Shown: one piece after another, positions 60,005-64,000 of the stretch
Layout: each line of letters starts with the position of its first letter
Numbering within the stretch: position 1 is the stretch's first letter
Virus record (IMG/VR): IMGVR_UViG_3300044635_001707
Location: 924 to 64,923 of that record
Length of the DNA: 64,000 nt
Reading direction: 5' to 3' (one strand)
From: a virus
Taxonomy: Duplodnaviria; Caudoviricetes
Translations under genes and position numbers: made by a program
Notes under the pieces: generated by a model
What the model was told of the DNA's origin: nothing
Seen by the model: only the letters and a program-made list of their open reading frames with translations
The model's database searches: none

Positions 60005-60412
60005 ATGATTATTGACTTTGGTAAATACAAAGGAAAAAATATTGGGGAAGTCCCCACTCAATATCTCGCATGGGGCGCAGTTTACCTCTCCAATCGATGG
60101 AGAGATGTTTTTGAACAGGAATACGACTCTCGGTTACATTCGAGATTGTATAGGTTTCAGGTGTTTTTAAACACCACAGAACCTGAAGAATGCCTGTCCC
60201 TTCCACAGGACTTACTGCGCTCTCTACGCCTCTACAAGAGGTTCTGGGGAAACAAGAAGATAGCTTACATAGAGAATGATGGTGATTTCATCATTCTTCC
60301 ACAAGAACTGGATGAGCGGCAAAAAGATACACTTGACTTTTACTTAAAAAGTACAAGTACCATGATGGAATATTGTTGTGAACTTAATCACAACAATTAC
60401 CGACAGTTCTAA
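60005..60412 (+). CDS. DUF3820-like protein
   Basis: FGKYKGKNIGEVPTQYLAW. Confidence 0.65.
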   Translation: MIIDFGKYKGKNIGEVPTQYLAWGAVYLSNRWRDVFEQEYDSRLHSRLYRFQVFLNTTEPEECLSLPQDLLRSLRLYKRFWGNKKIAYIENDGDFIILPQELDERQKDTLDFYLKSTSTMMEYCCELNHNNYRQF

Positions 60413-60536
60413 AAAAAAAGAAACCCCTGGTCAACGACTGGGGATTTTTTATTTTAAAAATATTTTATTTTACTAGTTGACATTGTAGAGAAATTATTCT
60501 ATAGTGTTAAACATGAGACAAAAGGAGATAAAGAGT

Positions 60537-60953
60537 ATGACTTTTGTGAAACCAACACTACCAAATAAAACAGTTAAAAAATACGATAAAGTCCTATTCG
60601 GTAGTGGGTCTAGCCGCCCCTACAGTCCGTATACTCTACTTACCAACGTAACTGTCACCACAAAGGATACACGCAGTACAGGAACAGTTAAATTCAATAT
60701 TTCTGGCACGTTGCCAGATGGTAGAACAATACAAACAGAAGGATTTTTCTACAAGAAAGGGCGCAGTCCTTGGAAGTTCAGCGGTGCTGGTCTAGCACCA
60801 TTGGAATATTCCGGTGGTATGTTAAGTCACTGCCAGGATGCAGTGCATTTTATGTTTGAGCCTGGAGAATGGGATAGGTCTTATCGCTACAAATTCCCTG
60901 AAACGCTTGTAACGGATACATGGTCTGCCAAGCAGACGTGGCAAGAATGGTAA
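60537..60953 (+). CDS. Hypothetical protein, first gene of ribozyme-punctuated operon
   Basis: AAGGAG RBS after promoter at 60477. Confidence 0.7.
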   Translation: MTFVKPTLPNKTVKKYDKVLFGSGSSRPYSPYTLLTNVTVTTKDTRSTGTVKFNISGTLPDGRTIQTEGFFYKKGRSPWKFSGAGLAPLEYSGGMLSHCQDAVHFMFEPGEWDRSYRYKFPETLVTDTWSAKQTWQEW

Positions 60954-61009
60954 GCCGAAACGGGAGCAATCCCGTCCGCACAGGATGACAACCTGCGCGC
61001 TGACGAGGC
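60954..61009 (+). ncRNA. Hammerhead ribozyme type II (HH3)
   Basis: GCC-GAAA-CGGGA-GCAA-TCCCG-TC-stem I (CGCACAGG..CCTGCGCG)-CTGACGA-GGC; cut after 60976. Confidence 0.88.
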
Positions 61010-61028
61010 AAGTTAAAGGAAGGAGAAT

Positions 61029-61256
61029 ATGAAAGCACTAGAAAGACCTGCGTACATAGAGTACGCACGACTAAAAGCCTCCCAGCTGGGAGAAGAAGGT
61101 CGCGTCAAAAGACAGATCAAGTCCAATCCAAAACTTGCGAAGTTCTGGAACTTGGGACACAGTGCCGTTGTCCCCAAGTCATTCCCCTCACGGGAATGCG
61201 AAATAGCCTTTTTACTTGGGCAAAGAAACGCCCAAGCATCCGACATGGATGAATAA
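61029..61256 (+). CDS. Small protein between HH3 and HH4
   Basis: AAGGAG RBS. Confidence 0.7.
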   Translation: MKALERPAYIEYARLKASQLGEEGRVKRQIKSNPKLAKFWNLGHSAVVPKSFPSRECEIAFLLGQRNAQASDMDE

Positions 61257-61257
61257 C

Positions 61258-61313
61258 TCCACCTGATGAGTCCGGCTGGCAACCGGACGAAACACTCTCT
61301 TGAGTGTCGTGGG
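61258..61313 (+). ncRNA. Hammerhead ribozyme type I (HH4)
   Basis: TCCAC-CTGATGA-GTCCGG/CCGGAC-GAAA-CACTC/GAGTG-TC-GTGGG; cut after 61308. Confidence 0.95.
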
Positions 61314-61340
61314 CAGCCGTTACATCCCACTGGAGAATTT

Positions 61341-61640
61341 ATGATTTATTCTGTTGGTTTTGATGAACAGGAATTGAGCAAGGTCGGGCTGGAAGCCGAC
61401 AAACTCTTGTCCGGACAAGAGTTGACCTATGACAAAAAATTAATAACATTTACCTCTTTCTCCTCCTATGAGGGGGAGGAAGAGTGTGACAGAGAGGAGA
61501 CCGACCTCCTCCCTGGAGATACGGTGATTGTGTCCTGGTGGACTCCCTTTGCCTACATCGAAAGGATGAGTCAGGACAAAATAAAAGTCATTGTTCTGGA
61601 AACAGAACACGGAGGTATTATCAGGGTAATTTCATCTTAG
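61341..61640 (+). CDS. Small acidic protein between HH4 and HH5
   Basis: GGAG RBS and ATG at 61341. Confidence 0.7.
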   Translation: MIYSVGFDEQELSKVGLEADKLLSGQELTYDKKLITFTSFSSYEGEEECDREETDLLPGDTVIVSWWTPFAYIERMSQDKIKVIVLETEHGGIIRVISS

Positions 61641-61641
61641 T

Positions 61642-61697
61642 CCCACCTGATGAGTCCGGCTGGCAACCGTCCGAAACGCTCCACTGAGTGTCGTGGG
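61642..61697 (+). ncRNA. Hammerhead ribozyme type I (HH5), two mismatches in stem II
   Basis: CCCAC-CTGATGA-GTCCGG/CCGTCC-GAAA-CGCTC/GAGTG-TC-GTGGG; cut after 61692. Confidence 0.8.
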
Positions 61698-61730
61698 CAG
61701 CCGTATAATTACACTGGATAAACTAAATTA

Positions 61731-61756
61731 AACCCGTCAGAAATGACGGGTTTTTT
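61731..61756 (+). terminator. Intrinsic terminator
   Basis: AACCCGTCA-GAAA-TGACGGGTT plus T-run. Confidence 0.8.
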
Positions 61757-62071
61757 ATTGCCCATTCTCTAATAGTTCCGCTAAAGTCTCCAGAAGCCAC
61801 ACCAAATCCTCTCTAGGCATCCATCCCAGCTTGTTAAATCTGTCCAGAATTTGCCGGAATCGCTCTTGCTTGTCGTCCATGATTAAAATATGCCGTTCGT
61901 GTGTCCCTACCTCAAACAATTGTATGTGAATAATTGTAGAGATAAATTTAATCCAATTAGCAAACCAATCGGCATAGTCTATTAATTGTGCAATCAATAT
62001 TAGGCATAAATAAACCCGCTAAAACTGTATTGATTTTAGCGGGTTTTAGTCATTGGTGCAATTCAAAAAGG

Positions 62072-62605
62072 TCACGCTATTCTCAAAAAAGTATCCAGCG
62101 TTTTTGGCGGTACGGGTAAGTGGGATGAGAACTCCAGATTGTATTTTTTTGCCCATCGCCTCAAGGTTTTAATCGTGGGAGATTTACCAATTTGACGGCC
62201 TAACCACGCAGGAACTTCCGAACCCTTGATGCCCTCAATGGCAATTCCGTCGCCCAATGCTTTATCAAGTTCCGTCTTCAATACCGGACTTGAATTTAAC
62301 CGCTTAACAATTTGAGGTAAAGTCACCCCTGTGTTGCACCCTACCGGTCTTTTAGTTCCGTTTTCTCTCTTCTGCTCAAATCGGATATATGCCAGCATCA
62401 TCAGCCATTGACAATGAGTTTTGCTGATAATCGGCTCTTCTCCTTTCTTTAATTTACGAAAATCGGGAACTTGGCAAATCTGCTTGTATTTCCGCCAAGT
62501 GCGATCGCTTATGGGGTCATTGTAAATATGAGCGCAAGCAGCCCACACCCAGCGTTCCGGATATCCTTGGGGTTCATTATTTTTCATTTCTCCACTCCTT
62601 CGCAT
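62072..62605 (-). CDS. Hypothetical DNA-binding protein
   Basis: Two HTH-like segments (ISDRTWRKY; PTIKTLRRWAK). Confidence 0.55.
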   Translation of the reverse strand: MRRSGEMKNNEPQGYPERWVWAACAHIYNDPISDRTWRKYKQICQVPDFRKLKKGEEPIISKTHCQWLMMLAYIRFEQKRENGTKRPVGCNTGVTLPQIVKRLNSSPVLKTELDKALGDGIAIEGIKGSEVPAWLGRQIGKSPTIKTLRRWAKKYNLEFSSHLPVPPKTLDTFLRIA

Positions 62606-63089
62606 TAATAAAATTAATATTGGCCGCTACTGCCGCTTGTCTGTCCTCTTCCCTATCTCCCACCATCAAATACTCGTGTCCAGGATACAAACTAATCCCA
62701 AAATTCAACATTCCTGGATTAGGTTTTCTAAAGTTGCCAAAATCTTCCCAGCGATTTGATAGTAGTGGACTCTGTCCGACTTCCCTGGCAAATTTAGATA
62801 GTCGGTAAAAAGTCTCACCCCCATCAGTGCAGAAGAAAATCATCTGCATTTCAGGGATTAAATCAAGGGTGATTTTCTGTTCTTGAAAACAATCTTCAAG
62901 GGACTTAAACCCTGCTTTCACGCCACCTTGATTGGTGACACCAATGATTTTGTAATCGTGATAGCGAGCGATCGCATCCTCAACTCCAGGAATCATCTCC
63001 TGGTCATAGGGGTCATTGATGAACGTCGCCCCTGACTTACTGCGGCGCACCGTTCCATCCAAATCCAAAAACAATACTTTACTGCTCAT
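62577..63089 (-). CDS. HAD-superfamily IIIA phosphatase (GmhB / polynucleotide 3'-phosphatase-like)
   Basis: LFLDLDGTV, VTNQGG, RKPNPGM, MVGDREED..AA. Confidence 0.9.
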   Translation of the reverse strand: MSSKVLFLDLDGTVRRSKSGATFINDPYDQEMIPGVEDAIARYHDYKIIGVTNQGGVKAGFKSLEDCFQEQKITLDLIPEMQMIFFCTDGGETFYRLSKFAREVGQSPLLSNRWEDFGNFRKPNPGMLNFGISLYPGHEYLMVGDREEDRQAAVAANINFINAKEWRNEK

Positions 63090-63465
63090 TTTGCTTTTCT
63101 AGGTTTAGCCGTTTTTTCCTACCGCGATTCTTGTAATGCCCAAATTCCTTTATCTGAATTTGCGTTTCCGTCACTCCAAACTCTAACGCTTTCTCCCGCT
63201 CATGCGTCCTAACGCTATCCTGTTCTTGTCGCCACAAAGCCGCTACAGCCATTTGCAGTCCGGTTGTAATATCTACTCCGTAGCAGGCAATGACTCTTAA
63301 AAATTTACGCTTAGATTCCGCCGGAACTTTACCCCGGATTTCTCGCATAGCATCGCCTACTACGGGCTTGCCGTCAATCATCCCTCGGTCAGGATGATTG
63401 CTGATATCTTCTTCTAGTTCTTGTTTAGTCTGTGGTTTCCGTCGTTCGGTCATGATATTCATCAA
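63079..63465 (-). CDS. Hypothetical protein
   Basis: ORF overlapping HAD start. Confidence 0.55.
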   Translation of the reverse strand: MMNIMTERRKPQTKQELEEDISNHPDRGMIDGKPVVGDAMREIRGKVPAESKRKFLRVIACYGVDITTGLQMAVAALWRQEQDSVRTHEREKALEFGVTETQIQIKEFGHYKNRGRKKRLNLEKQNEQ

Positions 63466-63590
63466 AGTTATTTTCTACTATTAGCACACTATTAGCGGAA
63501 AATGATATGCTATAAAAAATAGTCCCTATTTTGCTGAAACCAAAATAGGGACACACCCCACTAGCCGTTACCTAATGGAGTACCCCAATC

Positions 63591-63824
63591 ATGGCACAAA
63601 CCACAACAAGAATCCAAGAAATTGCAGACAAATTAATGAAAGATGGGCGCATATACCCTGGAGAATACGGGTATATATCAAGATGTATTCAGGCGATTTA
63701 TTACCAGCTAGAGAAATTTTATAATGGCACTGGTGTTGAACCACCTAGTAGAAAAACTATAGAAAAATGGTTTGAAAGAGATTGTCCTGATTGGGCGATC
63801 GCTATTTTAAATAAAGCAATTTAA
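63591..63824 (+). CDS. Small HTH-like protein
   Basis: GGAG RBS; PPSRKTIEKWF. Confidence 0.55.
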   Translation: MAQTTTRIQEIADKLMKDGRIYPGEYGYISRCIQAIYYQLEKFYNGTGVEPPSRKTIEKWFERDCPDWAIAILNKAI

Positions 63825-64000
63825 AACAGATAACCTACATTTGTCGGTAAACCTATAGCCACCCCACAAGGGTGGTTTTATATTGGTGACATAACCCAGA
63901 CATGACCCAGACATCACAAATTTACCACCATGGAAAAAACCAAAACTCGCGCATATTTTGAAGCACTGGTAAAGGACGGCGTTTCGTCTCAAACAGCAAG

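Larger units (their letters stand above)
57990..60507 (+). repeat. Three terminator+promoter repeats
   Basis: TTGACATT(A/G)TAGAGAAATTATTCTATAGTGT at 57990, 58894, 60477, each preceded by a similar CCCC/CCCT..GGGG hairpin with T-run. Confidence 0.9.

Overview
Apparently one continuous stretch of a large temperate, long-tailed (siphovirus-like) cyanophage or prophage. The frequent HIP1 octamer GCGATCGC points to a cyanobacterial host. Left to right it contains: a tRNA-Arg(UCU) 3'-fragment att core beside a tyrosine integrase; a PAS-like gene, XRE repressor and divergent Xis/Cro-like switch; a replication module (initiator with iterons, DnaB); nucleotide and DNA-modification genes (PAPS-reductase family, dcd, thyX, C5 methyltransferase); a morphogenesis block (TerL, prohead protease, capsid, tail tube, frameshifted chaperone, 4448-aa tape measure with a lysozyme domain; no portal recognised); and accessory regions built from repeated promoter-ORF-terminator units. 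The most striking signal is five hammerhead ribozymes sitting just after stop codons and bracketing single small ORFs in two accessory operons. The type I copies carry a conserved downstream CCCAC that could switch the ribozyme off after cleavage. The accessory regions also encode candidate cyclic-nucleotide anti-defence proteins (2H phosphoesterase, Csx16/Csx20-like, Csx3-like), an ADP-ribosyltransferase and a stand-alone copy of the N-terminal domain of CRISPR-associated WYL regulators. All family calls come from motif recognition by eye; no database search was run.
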